From an uncultured archaeon (GTDB lineage Archaea; Asgardarchaeota; Thorarchaeia; Thorarchaeales; Thorarchaeaceae): a stretch of 38,928 nucleotides of DNA. The stretch is taken from assembly GCA_964590575.1 (NCBI GenBank), contig CAZPWM010000022.1, positions 911 through 39,838 on the forward strand. The letters run 5' to 3'. Below are positions 9,612 through 19,232 of the stretch, piece after piece (the stretch's first letter is position 1; each line of letters begins with the position of its first letter). A program made the translations under genes and the position numbers. The notes under the pieces were generated by a model. That model did no database searches, was not told the DNA's origin, and saw only the letters and a list, made by a program, of their open reading frames with translations.

Positions 9612-10076
9612 ATGGATGCGTTCAAAGCAGAGGCATCTACAGTGACTGTGAAAGTACGTGTCAAACGACTCTCTCCAGATGCAAAGATTCCCACAGCTGC
9701 GAAAGTAGGAGACGTAGCCTTTGACCTCTATTCCATGATAGACTATGAACTCAGGCCAGGAGAGCGTTTCGCAGTACCCACAGGGATTGCAGTTGAGATA
9801 CCACCGGGATACGAGGGGCAGGTTCGGCCAAGGAGCGGCCTTGCTCTGAAAGAGGGCGTCACAGTACTAAATACACCAGGCACCATTGACAGCGGGTATC
9901 GTGGTGAGGTGAAGACCATCATGATGAACCATAATGGAGAACCCTTCAAGATAACTAAGGGGATGCGTATCAGTCAATTGGCTATCCGACCTGTTCCCGA
10001 TGTCGAGTTCATTGAAGTAGATGAGCTCTCAGACACGGAGCGGGGAGTAGGTGGATTCGGAAGCACAGGTAAATAA
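9612..10076 (+). CDS. dut: dUTP diphosphatase (trimeric)
   Basis: Motifs AFDL, RPRSGLA, GTIDSGYRGE, RISQL, RGVGGFGSTG. Confidence 0.95.
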   Translation: MDAFKAEASTVTVKVRVKRLSPDAKIPTAAKVGDVAFDLYSMIDYELRPGERFAVPTGIAVEIPPGYEGQVRPRSGLALKEGVTVLNTPGTIDSGYRGEVKTIMMNHNGEPFKITKGMRISQLAIRPVPDVEFIEVDELSDTERGVGGFGSTGK

Positions 10077-10095
10077 TCAGGTCTGTGTCGCAACG

Positions 10096-10103
10096 TTTTT
10101 AAT
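10096..10103 (+). promoter_or_regulatory. TATA-like box positioned for the relic tRNA start at 10130
   Basis: TTTTTAAT ~27-34 nt upstream of GGGCCGG. No equivalent box at that spacing before the intact tRNA at 10240. Confidence 0.55.
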
Positions 10104-10129
10104 CGCCAGCAATGGAGAAAGACCTCACT

Positions 10130-10235
10130 GGGCCGGTGGTCTAGCCCGGCTAATCTGTCATCTAGGATGGCAAAGTCGAGTGATACCATTCTTAGGAATG
10201 GAATAGCTCAAAAGGGGTTGACCAAAAGGTATCGG
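10130..10235 (+). pseudogene. 5' portion (positions ~1-50) of a degenerate tRNA-Val-like gene with a D-loop BHB intron (10153-10180)
   Basis: GGGCCGG-TG-GTCTAGCCCGGCTA|intron|TGAT-A-CCATT-CTTAGG-AATGG. The intron has a CGGC/GTCG central helix with TAA and AGT bulges. The anticodon loop is only 6 nt. A second hairpin insert and then AGGT(AT)CGG follow. Confidence 0.7.
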
Positions 10236-10239
10236 TAAA

Positions 10240-10346
10240 GGGTCGGTGGTCTAGATGGCAATGATACTGCATTGACATCTATTCTTGGTTTCCAAGAATA
10301 ATCAAATGTGCAGTGGTCGGGAGTTCAAGTCTCCCCCGACCCACCA
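10240..10346 (+). tRNA. tRNA-Val(GAC) with canonical 37/38 intron (10278-10307, 30 nt)
   Basis: GGGTCGG/CCGACCC acceptor, CTGCA/TGCAG anticodon stem, BHB with TTGA/TCAA helix and CAT/ATG bulges, GGGAG-TTCAAGT-CTCCC T arm, CCA. Confidence 0.95.
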
Positions 10347-13166
10347 TTATTCCTTGCTCACACTTTTGGATAATTCAAGCCACTCAATTCCTAACTTGTC
10401 CAGCGCCCACTGAGCAATATTGTGACAGTCACCACAAACATATGCCCACTCTGTAGGGTCTAATTTCTGCAAATACTTCTTCTTTTGAGTCATTGATGGA
10501 TGATGGGTGTTGCCATCTCTTCTGTGTAGAATTAAGGATGCTTTCTCATTTTCACAACCACATAGGGAACACGTTTCTCCAAAAAGTGCATTCTTCAAAT
10601 CCCTTGTTTTTCCCTTAAAACCAGCGCCCAGTTTTTTGAATTCATCTGATGATGGTACATCATCATCTGGAAGTTCGAGAGTAACTTTAGATTTGTCAGA
10701 GATTCTCCTCTTTGAGAGAAATGACTCTATTCTTTTCCAATCATAACCGAAGACTTTCATGAGCAGATGGATTCCAAGATGACATCTGTCACACAAAGGA
10801 GCCCATTCGTTTGGTTTTAGTGATTGAAGACGTTTCAACGATCTAAACAGATAACGATCATGCTCTGTTCCATCCTTTCTATGCAAGTGAAGGTTCTTCG
10901 CGGATTTTTTCTCACTTCGACATGCGTAACATGTAGTCCCAAACATCTTCACACGGGTGTCTTTTAGGTTCTGTCTTCTTTTTCGTTGATATTCTCTTCT
11001 CTTCAAATCAACGTTAACTTTTGTTTGGGACTCTTTCCCGTCACGTGGCATCCACCCTTGCTCCAAAAACGCCTTCTGAATTGTTCCAGCAGTAACATTC
11101 AAGATGCTTCCAATTTCCCTCTGTGTAAATCCCTCGACAAAGTAGAGATGATGAATCCAATCATAATCTAAATGCTTCGTAGTTGTAGCAACACGAGGGC
11201 TCCATTTCATTTTTCGGAATGCTCGCCGAATGGTTTTCCTGCTAATGCCCATTATCTTGGAGATTTGCTCAAAAGAAAGACCTTCCTGAAAATACAACCT
11301 GCCAATTTCCTCTATAGTATCTTTTCCTTTTTTTGTTCCTATAGCCTTTCGAATGGTTTCTAGGTTCATCCCTGTACGTTCAGATATTTGGATGAATGTC
11401 AAGCCGTTTTCATAGTGAAGTTTCTTTAGTTCTGACAGGCTCAGCTTTCTCCGATTTGATTGAATTTGTATCTTCCATCCATATCTTCTGAAAACACCAC
11501 GTAGGCTTCTTATTGTCATGTTCATATCATCAGCGATATCTTTGACGGCTTGCCTCTCAACATTGTATCGGTGATAAATATTAAAGTCACGTAGAGCATT
11601 TCGTACTTGGTTCCGAGAAATTCTGAGTCTTCTAGCTATTTCTCTCTGAGTTAATCTTCTTTTGAAGTATAATGCATAAATTGTATAGCAAGTCCGGTTC
11701 ATTCCAGGCGGTGTAACATCAAGGTCTTTTCCAATTCTACTAACCAAATGATCTCTGTTCCGTTCAGCTTGCTCCACAATTAAAATCCATGCTCTTTCAA
11801 CAGCCTTGGCTGAGCGTTCTTTCTCGGTTTCAGCACTCGCTCTTACAATTCTCTTGAACTTCTCCCGTTCCTCCTCTGAGAACTCAGCAAATAGATTTCT
11901 GAGTCTCCGTCGATACCTCTCCTCCTCACTCTCATACTCAACGAGAATTTTCGGTACTCGTTGCATCTCACCAGTCAGGGGGTCCTGGACATAGTCGTAG
12001 TCATCGTCAGCGTCCATCTTCTCTTCCAGTATGTCTTGGACACGCCTCACAAAGTCCTCTAGGTCTTCGGTGAGTGACTCATCCTCTGCGCAGACCTCGT
12101 TCTCTTGTGCATCAGTCTGAACCTCTGGGTTCTCAGTGATCTCTTGCTCATGTTCTTCAGGCTCAATGACCTCTTCCTCAACCTCGCCCTCCTCATGGGT
12201 CACTGGTTCAGACTCTGGTTCTTCATAGGACTCAAGAGTGTCCTGTTCGAAGTCTTCAGGTCCTCCATCTGGTTCAGGAGTTTCCTTGATTGATGCCTCA
12301 GACTGCTCTACCTCATCCTCTATGATTTCTGAGAGTTCACCGGTCTCGTACTGATCCTCTTTGGACCCTGTTGGTTCAGGTTCCGAGTGTACCTCACTGA
12401 CCTCTTGCGTTTCCTCCTCTATCTCTGACTCCTCAGGACTCGTGCTTGAGGTCTTGGCATCAGGAGCCTCCTTAATCTCAGATTTAGTGGTCGTTTCTCC
12501 CACTTCAGACTCCTGACGGATTATTCGATTAGTGCCTTTCTCATTTACAGGTTCTTGGACTGGTTCTGATTCAGCTTGTTGTTCAGTGGACTCCTGAGCC
12601 TCTGGTTCGGAGACTTCTTGTTTTTCATTCTCAGTCTCGGTTTCAGCCGCCTCTGCTGACCCACCCTTAGTTTCCATAGCATAAGCCATTCCCCCACCTG
12701 CATCATGATACGACTCTGTTGACTCAGTCATCTCTGAGGATGCACTATCATCACTTCCTGCTTCTACTTCACAGTCCTTTCTCGAAGCCCCCTCCAGCTG
12801 GCGATTCATGTCATTTACATATTCATCATGGAGTTCCTCCCTGACCTCGTCAAGGTCATTCTCCAAACCATCCTCAAGGGACTCCTTGCCGTCCACATCT
12901 TTCTCCCGTTGAAGTTCATCAAACTCCTTTGCAGCTGCCTCAGCAATGTCTTCGATCTCCTTGAGCTTTGTTTCGTACTCATCGAACTCCTTGGCTGCCT
13001 CATTGGCTATTCGCTCAATTTCCTGCTGACGATCAAAGTCTTCTGCGGCCTCCTTTGCGGCTCTCTCGACCTCGTCAGGAACCTCTCTATTTTCAAGCTC
13101 GTCGGGGGTCTCCTCATACTCTCTCTCTGAATACCAATCTGCATCATCTTTCCGTTCATGCTGCAA
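10347..13166 (-). CDS. Large acidic protein with C-terminal tandem HTH repeats and two HNH-like zinc-binding domains
   Basis: Glu-rich N-terminal half and about five LY..GLT..EI HTH units. Two FG.TC..C...L.LHR.DG..H...W...C..CH repeats follow. TTG 13166 is preferred as start because it is conserved with the paralog (ORF track 13193). The stop abuts the tRNA CCA. Confidence 0.8.
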   Translation of the reverse strand: MQHERKDDADWYSEREYEETPDELENREVPDEVERAAKEAAEDFDRQQEIERIANEAAKEFDEYETKLKEIEDIAEAAAKEFDELQREKDVDGKESLEDGLENDLDEVREELHDEYVNDMNRQLEGASRKDCEVEAGSDDSASSEMTESTESYHDAGGGMAYAMETKGGSAEAAETETENEKQEVSEPEAQESTEQQAESEPVQEPVNEKGTNRIIRQESEVGETTTKSEIKEAPDAKTSSTSPEESEIEEETQEVSEVHSEPEPTGSKEDQYETGELSEIIEDEVEQSEASIKETPEPDGGPEDFEQDTLESYEEPESEPVTHEEGEVEEEVIEPEEHEQEITENPEVQTDAQENEVCAEDESLTEDLEDFVRRVQDILEEKMDADDDYDYVQDPLTGEMQRVPKILVEYESEEERYRRRLRNLFAEFSEEEREKFKRIVRASAETEKERSAKAVERAWILIVEQAERNRDHLVSRIGKDLDVTPPGMNRTCYTIYALYFKRRLTQREIARRLRISRNQVRNALRDFNIYHRYNVERQAVKDIADDMNMTIRSLRGVFRRYGWKIQIQSNRRKLSLSELKKLHYENGLTFIQISERTGMNLETIRKAIGTKKGKDTIEEIGRLYFQEGLSFEQISKIMGISRKTIRRAFRKMKWSPRVATTTKHLDYDWIHHLYFVEGFTQREIGSILNVTAGTIQKAFLEQGWMPRDGKESQTKVNVDLKRREYQRKRRQNLKDTRVKMFGTTCYACRSEKKSAKNLHLHRKDGTEHDRYLFRSLKRLQSLKPNEWAPLCDRCHLGIHLLMKVFGYDWKRIESFLSKRRISDKSKVTLELPDDDVPSSDEFKKLGAGFKGKTRDLKNALFGETCSLCGCENEKASLILHRRDGNTHHPSMTQKKKYLQKLDPTEWAYVCGDCHNIAQWALDKLGIEWLELSKSVSKE
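12805..13007 (+). repeat. 203-bp near-identical block, copy 1 (copy 2 at 25528-25730)
   Basis: Ungapped manual alignment, about 12 mismatches in 203 bp. Confidence 0.9.
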
Positions 13167-13490
13167 CTTCAGGCACCCAAATCGAGAGTTCAATTATCGC
13201 AGGTTAGGAGGTGTATAGAAAGGACCTAAGTCTTCACTTGGACATACATGCATAATCATAGACGGTCTTACCAAATTTTGGATGATGAAAACATCTCCTG
13301 TCAGTAAATAAAGACTATATTGTGTTTATTACCGAAAAGGGAATCTCATATCGGATATTGAGCATTCCATATGGTCAAAAATGCAATTCGAGAATGGATT
13401 TTAGTATAGGTTCACCCTGCCGATGATTGTGAAGTAGAACTAGACAATTGTTGCTCTGACAGTTCTTCGCATTTGTGATATTCATTAAAA

Positions 13491-13516
13491 GAGTTCAAAT
13501 CACGTCCGGCCCACCA
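13491..13516 (+). pseudogene. Degenerate tRNA 3' fragment (positions 51-76), partner of the 10130 fragment
   Basis: GAG-TTCAAAT-CACGT-CCGGCCC-A-CCA followed by a pyrimidine tract. The acceptor strand pairs 7/7 with GGGCCGG at 10130. Confidence 0.75.
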
Positions 13517-13596
13517 CTTCTTTTCTGTTTGTAATTTTCAGATTGTTCTTAAAAAAGAGAGAGGAAATGAGTGCTTTCACACTCATATTCCATAGA

Positions 13597-15087
13597 TTAT
13601 GATCTTTTTCGCAGTACTACTACTGCCCCGAGAACGACTACTACAGCTACACCTATTCCGATATAGAGAAGGTTGTCCATGATTATATCTGGAAGTCCTC
13701 CTCCAGGAGAGGTCACAGTGACTACAACTGAGTCTATGGCATTATTGCTACCAATATCATAGACAGTGATAGTACAGTCGTATACTCCAGCTTCGAAGTC
13801 ATCCAATTCCAATACAATTGAGTTACCGGAAGTCCAAGAACCTGAGTCTACAACGGTACCATTCACCGAGATCTCGTATGTGGTAGGATAGTCATCAGTC
13901 GGAATCCAAGTAATGTTCTGGTTCTCTGTGCCTTCAACGAACCCCACATCACTAGGATGATTGATTGCAGGTGGAGTACGGTCAGTATATGGCTCCAGAT
14001 TTAGACGTTCAATATAGATTGTTCCAACTTCAGAGCTAGTAGTGTTAGTAATTGAAAGTGTATGGCGAGCTAGGAATCCATCTACCTTGAGATAATCCGT
14101 GTGAACTTCGTAGAGAATCTCTCCACTTGTATCATTCCAAGAATAGCCCCAGAACCAGGGATCTGGGTCATCAAGCGTGACATTCACTACCGAGCTTTTT
14201 TCTTCTATGAAAGTATCAAGTAGCGACCAGTTTCCAATAGGTACTGCAAGTCGCCACGAATATGAGAAAAATGGGTCAAATGTTATAGTATCGTTTGCCC
14301 AGTACAGATCTCCAGTAAAGAATGGAATATCATCAAATTCCGTCATTAAATATGGAATGAGCTGTAGACCATCATCATCAACTTTGACATAGAGTAGCTC
14401 ATCCAAGTCTGAGAATCCCATGGCATCTCCAGTCATGACTAGGCGAAAATCAAATCTGTCCCCATCATTGAATCCCCATCTCAAATTGTGGTAAGAGTAC
14501 CTGCTTACCGTATATACTAAGAGTAGTTCTTGGGTTGTAGTATTTCGACGCTCCAGATTATAGTAGGAAAGCATTCCATCAAATATTGAGTAATTTGCCC
14601 AGACTTTTACTTCATCATCTGCTGTGCTATTTGACTTGTATGAGTAACCCCAATAGTTGTCGTCATAGGATATTGAAAGATCACGTGCCTCAAGGAGAAA
14701 TAATCCTTCAAGGTCTGTTGCAGCTAGAGTGTTTATCAGATCCCAGTTTCCAACTGGATATTCAATCTCGGAGAGAAAGATGAATATGAGCGATAAAAAC
14801 CCCATACTCGTATCATTCTCAAAATAGGCTCCTCTATCCAGGTAATCGAGATCGCCCAAGCTAGTAAGAGGATCTGGTATCGGTTTACTGGCATTCTCTA
14901 TTTCAAAATAGATGATTTCAGTTGGTTGGTTATCTCCTTCGAAATAGACATCCATCGTGAAATAGAACCTATCACCATCATGCATTCTGTAGAATAGTCC
15001 TTGACTTGTTGCTGCCAATGACTGTGGAATAATCATCGCTATGACAATCAATGCAACAAAAGCGATTGTAGCGGTTTTCTTCATCAA
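13597..15087 (-). CDS. Secreted, C-terminally anchored surface protein with a duplicated domain and an Ig-like module
   Basis: Signal peptide, internal duplication (DGDRFYF / DGDRFDF; YPVGNWDL / VPIGNWSL; WGYSY / WGYSW), D.TPP.I..P Ig-like domain, TM plus RKRS tail. Confidence 0.8.
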   Translation of the reverse strand: MMKKTATIAFVALIVIAMIIPQSLAATSQGLFYRMHDGDRFYFTMDVYFEGDNQPTEIIYFEIENASKPIPDPLTSLGDLDYLDRGAYFENDTSMGFLSLIFIFLSEIEYPVGNWDLINTLAATDLEGLFLLEARDLSISYDDNYWGYSYKSNSTADDEVKVWANYSIFDGMLSYYNLERRNTTTQELLLVYTVSRYSYHNLRWGFNDGDRFDFRLVMTGDAMGFSDLDELLYVKVDDDGLQLIPYLMTEFDDIPFFTGDLYWANDTITFDPFFSYSWRLAVPIGNWSLLDTFIEEKSSVVNVTLDDPDPWFWGYSWNDTSGEILYEVHTDYLKVDGFLARHTLSITNTTSSEVGTIYIERLNLEPYTDRTPPAINHPSDVGFVEGTENQNITWIPTDDYPTTYEISVNGTVVDSGSWTSGNSIVLELDDFEAGVYDCTITVYDIGSNNAIDSVVVTVTSPGGGLPDIIMDNLLYIGIGVAVVVVLGAVVVLRKRS

Positions 15088-15185
15088 TCAATCTCCTACA
15101 AGATATATCATCTTTTAATATAAAAGATAATAAATCCTATGTGTTAGTTGAACCAAAAGAAATCTACATCTTTTCCTCTGTTAAT

Positions 15186-16832
15186 CTATTTTCTTGTACT
15201 GTGTCGTAGCACTTGGCCAGCAAGAACGCCAGTATGTTCGCCCTTAGTCACAACAATCTGTCCATTTACAAGGACATGCTCAATCCCTTCGGGGTACCTG
15301 TGGGGATAATTGGGCAGAGGAAATTCGTAGGGAAACCGACATGTCGCTCGGTCCCTGATGTTCTCGAAATCAAAGACTACAATGTCCGCGCACATACCCT
15401 CCCGTATCTGTCCTCTATCACGTAACCCAAGCTTCTGGGCTGGAAAAGAGGTCATTTTACGAATTGCCTCTTGGAGGGTCAGAACACCCTCCTCTCGAAC
15501 ATATCTCTGTATAATATAGGGATACTCTCCATAGGAACATGGCCAATAGCCCTGTATCTTGCCAAGAACTCCATATGGAGCCACTGCGTTCCCATCGCTA
15601 CACACCATCATCAGAGGATGTCTGAGCAGAGCTTTGATGTCCTCCTCGTCAATATAGTTGAAGAGCGCGCTTGCATTGCCATCCTCCTCAACAAGTAAGT
15701 CAAGGTAGGCATCTATGGGTGATTGACCTCTGAGCGCTGCTATCTCCTCAAAGCTCTTACCGATTAGAGATTTGTTCTTGACAGCATGAAGGAGAAAGAT
15801 TCTGTCCCATCTTCCATGCTTCACTAGACCAGCATAACCCGGCCCAGGAAGCTTGTCATCGAGAGTTTCTTGCTTGATGAGTTCGCGTAAATCAGGATCT
15901 CTCAGTCTTTCTGCTGCAGCTTGGTCGCCACCAGCCTGTGTCCATTGTGGAAGCACCTGACTCAGAGTGGGGTTAAAGTCTGTGTGGGCATCATTGTCAA
16001 TAGTGAGGTCGATACCTCTCTTTCTAGCTTCATCATAAATCCTTGACATTTCCTCAAATTTTCCATGGGCACCATATTTGGGACAGTTGTGTGAAACTTG
16101 CAGGCGGACTCCGGACCTTTCTGCAATCTCAATGGCTTCTTTAAGCGCATCCACAATGGTTTCGCGTTCTCCGCGGATATGAGAGGTATAGAGGCCTCCA
16201 AATTTGGCAACAACTGTGCAGAGTTCTATGAGTTCATCCGTTGTAGCGAATGAACCGGGTAGATAGACAAGACCAGAGGACATACCAAAAGCCCCTTCTT
16301 GCATTGACCTTGCGACCAGCTCCTTCATCTCTGTTAATTCCGGACCTGAAGGCACTCGGTTGTCAACTCCCATCACTGCGATTCTTATTGTCCCATGTCC
16401 AACAAGACCAACGACGTTGACTGCGGTCCCCTGCTGTTCGATTTTCCCCAGATAATCGCCAAACGAATTCCACGTCCAATCAACTTCATCAGCCTCAGAG
16501 CCCCATGTCTTCTTCAACAGCTCGAGGGTCGATTTGCTTGTTGGTGCTGGGCTAGTTCCGCAATTACCCAAGACCTCAGTCGTCACCCCTTGCCTCACTT
16601 TACTCTCTGCTTTTGAGTTTATGAGAAGTGTGAGGTCTGAATGTGTATGAATATCAATGAAGCCAGGAGCCACTATTCGGTCACTAGCATCAATGATAAG
16701 TTCTGCTTGAGAGGTATCTAGCTCACCCATAGATACGATTTTTCCATCCAAAACTCCTACATCTGATTTCACCCAGGGATTACCTGTACCATCAATTACT
16801 CGTCCGTTGTTGATGATGATGTCAAAATCCAT
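15186..16832 (-). CDS. N-acyl-D-amino-acid deacylase family amidohydrolase
   Basis: VIDGTG, APGFIDIHTHSD, QGVTTEVLGNCG, SHIRGE, AIRKMTSFPA. Confidence 0.9.
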   Translation of the reverse strand: MDFDIIINNGRVIDGTGNPWVKSDVGVLDGKIVSMGELDTSQAELIIDASDRIVAPGFIDIHTHSDLTLLINSKAESKVRQGVTTEVLGNCGTSPAPTSKSTLELLKKTWGSEADEVDWTWNSFGDYLGKIEQQGTAVNVVGLVGHGTIRIAVMGVDNRVPSGPELTEMKELVARSMQEGAFGMSSGLVYLPGSFATTDELIELCTVVAKFGGLYTSHIRGERETIVDALKEAIEIAERSGVRLQVSHNCPKYGAHGKFEEMSRIYDEARKRGIDLTIDNDAHTDFNPTLSQVLPQWTQAGGDQAAAERLRDPDLRELIKQETLDDKLPGPGYAGLVKHGRWDRIFLLHAVKNKSLIGKSFEEIAALRGQSPIDAYLDLLVEEDGNASALFNYIDEEDIKALLRHPLMMVCSDGNAVAPYGVLGKIQGYWPCSYGEYPYIIQRYVREEGVLTLQEAIRKMTSFPAQKLGLRDRGQIREGMCADIVVFDFENIRDRATCRFPYEFPLPNYPHRYPEGIEHVLVNGQIVVTKGEHTGVLAGQVLRHSTRK

Positions 16833-16931
16833 GATTTCATATTTCCTGTCACTGATTACTTCTAATAATCACCAAAGCGCTTGATAAGCCAGATGGTCAT
16901 TATCATTGTGTTAGCATCTACGAGTTCCATA

Positions 16932-17423
16932 CTACGATTCATACTGTGAATCAAGTTCGTTGGTCATCTCTCGCAGTGGTAGACTTTTTTCACTGTTGGG
17001 ACAATCCTTGCACTCTGCATACTTCCCACAGTTGATTTTGAGAATTCCCTGGTCCACCAAGAACTTAGGAAATTCCTGATAGACAAGAGTATCTATCTCA
17101 TCTTCTATACCAAAAGAAAAAGAGTCGTAGATATCAGCAAAAAGGTCAATGATTTCAATCAAAGTTTCTTTGTATGCCTCAACATTGTCATCATCCGCGG
17201 AGATTGAAAAAATGAGTTGCTCCTTTGGCATTATTAGAAAACTCAAGCCGCTGAGTGATATTTCATTCAGTGAATCAGCAGATAGTGCCCTACCAAAGGC
17301 GCTCAGAGCACTAATGAAACCACTGATTTCCTCGGTGTTGTCACAGAGGGAATGACACTCACCGAAGTTCGAACAGAGTAGTGCTCGATCATTCTTATCA
17401 AGAATGAGAAGGTTCCGGATCAT
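16932..17423 (-). CDS. Longin/roadblock-like domain protein with a C-terminal Cys cluster
   Basis: MIRNLLILDKNDRALL beta-hairpin start, ISGFISALSAFG helix and beta strands, then CGKYAECKDC. Fold judged by pattern only. Confidence 0.55.
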   Translation of the reverse strand: MIRNLLILDKNDRALLCSNFGECHSLCDNTEEISGFISALSAFGRALSADSLNEISLSGLSFLIMPKEQLIFSISADDDNVEAYKETLIEIIDLFADIYDSFSFGIEDEIDTLVYQEFPKFLVDQGILKINCGKYAECKDCPNSEKSLPLREMTNELDSQYES

Positions 17424-17481
17424 GTAAATCGTATAGAAATTCGATTGAAATGATTAATGAAGGCTTTTTTTTGTGCACAGC

Positions 17482-18003
17482 CTAGAAATACATCCCGGCA
17501 CGCTCAGGGAAACGCTTTCTGAACGTCTGTTCTGCTGATCGGTCTAGGGATATCTGCCTCTTAAAAATCTCTGGACTCAATGAACCTAGATCAGGTCTCA
17601 TGAGGACGGGACCACGAAGAATAGGAGAAGGGGTATCAATAGAGATGTCCTCGATGGACCGAGGCGTGCGTCTCATGATGTCATCAAGACTTAGTTTTGG
17701 ACCATCTTCACCAGTGATAGAATTCAGGATACCATGAAGATCAGGTTCGCTGAGAGGGCGAAGTCCAAACTCAGGAGAAGAGCGAATTGTATCGACGATG
17801 TCACAGGACTCAGGCAATTCCACTCCGGCACCGGTAAATTCGTAGGGATTGAGAGGTATGAGTTTCAGTTGGAAAGCAGAGTCTGAACTGAGGACCAGCA
17901 TCTCATTACGAGGCGTGCTCATGATGTGCCAACCTCTAGGACGCTCTGAATACTGCTTGACAATGCGAGGGACTATTTTGTCTGCTGGCTCTGGTTTCGT
18001 CAC
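17482..18003 (-). CDS. Hypothetical protein
   Basis: 173-aa ORF filling the gap, co-oriented with its neighbours. Confidence 0.7.
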   Translation of the reverse strand: MTKPEPADKIVPRIVKQYSERPRGWHIMSTPRNEMLVLSSDSAFQLKLIPLNPYEFTGAGVELPESCDIVDTIRSSPEFGLRPLSEPDLHGILNSITGEDGPKLSLDDIMRRTPRSIEDISIDTPSPILRGPVLMRPDLGSLSPEIFKRQISLDRSAEQTFRKRFPERAGMYF

Positions 18004-18102
18004 TGTTCTTCACTTGTTTTTCAACACAAACATAAAAAGCAGTATCGGTAGTTACGAGATGGTCTCAGATAATTACCAATGTATGGTTTTCTTGCTTTTT
18101 CT

Positions 18103-18483
18103 TCATGGCCACGTAGCTAGTAATTCTCCAAGGGGATGAGATCTCTCCAAGGAACCTCGAACGACATTGCTACTAACCTCGAGATCTTCAAGTATTTCTG
18201 AAGCAACCCTATCAATGTCCCTGACATCGTCAAGTACATATCTGAAAGTAAGTGCCAGTCCGTTCTTCCTCACTCCAACCGCGGTCAGAGTAAGCCTTCG
18301 AAGTCTCTTGTTATCATCCATGAAAGGACCTTGAAAATACTCAGGGCTGTAAACGACCACTGCAGCTGAACAAGCAAGTTCCTTGAAATCAGATAGGTTA
18401 CTGAGTTGCACGGGGGGAATGTATACGTTTTGTTCGTTGTTCACCATTGCCATCTCGCTTTTGGACAACCCGACCGGGGACAT
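18103..18483 (-). CDS. Hypothetical protein
   Basis: 126-aa ORF, co-oriented, plausible composition. Confidence 0.65.
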   Translation of the reverse strand: MSPVGLSKSEMAMVNNEQNVYIPPVQLSNLSDFKELACSAAVVVYSPEYFQGPFMDDNKRLRRLTLTAVGVRKNGLALTFRYVLDDVRDIDRVASEILEDLEVSSNVVRGSLERSHPLGELLATWP

Positions 18484-18691
18484 ATCCCCTTTACTTCCTA
18501 TGGAGATTTCGACCTTATCTCTAGTCAGGATATCCTCTTGTTCGCGGCCTCCCGGCCACTATAATATAATAACATCAATTACATATAAGTATTTCTAATT
18601 ATCTATTTTTATAGATAATCATCAAAATATATAATTGGAACACGTGTTCTAATAATACTAAGTATCAATCTGCAAAAGAAAAGAAACTAAT

Positions 18692-19165
18692 TCAGAAGGT
18701 TGAACAGACCTTGCGGATTCTTAGAATCTGCTTGGATTTAATAGATGCAAAGTACTCGAAGAGGCGTTTAATTAGCACTGATTTCGCACGATTGCTGATT
18801 GATTTGTAAAATGTATACCCTTCAAATTCTTTCTCTAGAGCCCGATTACAAACATAGAGACGCGGATCTGTATCAGGGTTTGACGATGCAAAAGGAGTCC
18901 GGTCCATACCAAAAGGAGTTTGATCCGGTTCCTCGTATGAGAATGTTTCCTTGGCAACCTCTTCAATAGCATCTAAAATGCCAGTCGTCATCATGAGGCG
19001 AATTCTTTCAACAAGCTCACCTTCTGTATCAGCTAGAACCATGAGGAGTGCTTTCACCTGGGGCGTTTCAGCAGCGTTTGCGGCTTTCAGATAGAAATCA
19101 TAGTGATTAGCTGCGGTTGTTAAGGCAAGCTTAAGCAAATGTTGATAGGAAGTCGCTTCGCTCAT
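18692..19165 (-). CDS. Ferritin-like/rubrerythrin-like protein, paralog 2
   Basis: FYLKAA...VKALLMVLADTE and ALEKEFEGYTFY...LFEYFA four-helix pattern. Confidence 0.7.
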   Translation of the reverse strand: MSEATSYQHLLKLALTTAANHYDFYLKAANAAETPQVKALLMVLADTEGELVERIRLMMTTGILDAIEEVAKETFSYEEPDQTPFGMDRTPFASSNPDTDPRLYVCNRALEKEFEGYTFYKSISNRAKSVLIKRLFEYFASIKSKQILRIRKVCSTF

Positions 19166-19232
19166 TGAAAAAAAGGAATACACTACACAAAGAAAGCACT
19201 TTCGCTTGTAAACCCATCAACGCGCTTTTGTC

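Larger units (their letters stand above)
10236..13490. mobile_element. Putative insert splitting the old tRNA-Val; carries intact tRNA-Val(GAC) plus the HTH/HNH giant protein gene
   Basis: Bounded by complementary tRNA halves (GGGCCGG at 10130, CCGGCCC-ACCA at 13506). No integrase or transposase. Confidence 0.55.

Noticed and set aside
10186-10201. Functional tRNA-Leu(TAG) or ochre suppressor
   Set aside because: The loop is 6 nt, no T arm or acceptor follows in cis, and the D-arm is Val-like.
12815-13207. Conserved overlapping ORFs in both giant genes (also 25524-25917)
   Set aside because: Their similarity follows from the shared DNA block and Glu-rich codon bias, with no independent evidence of coding.
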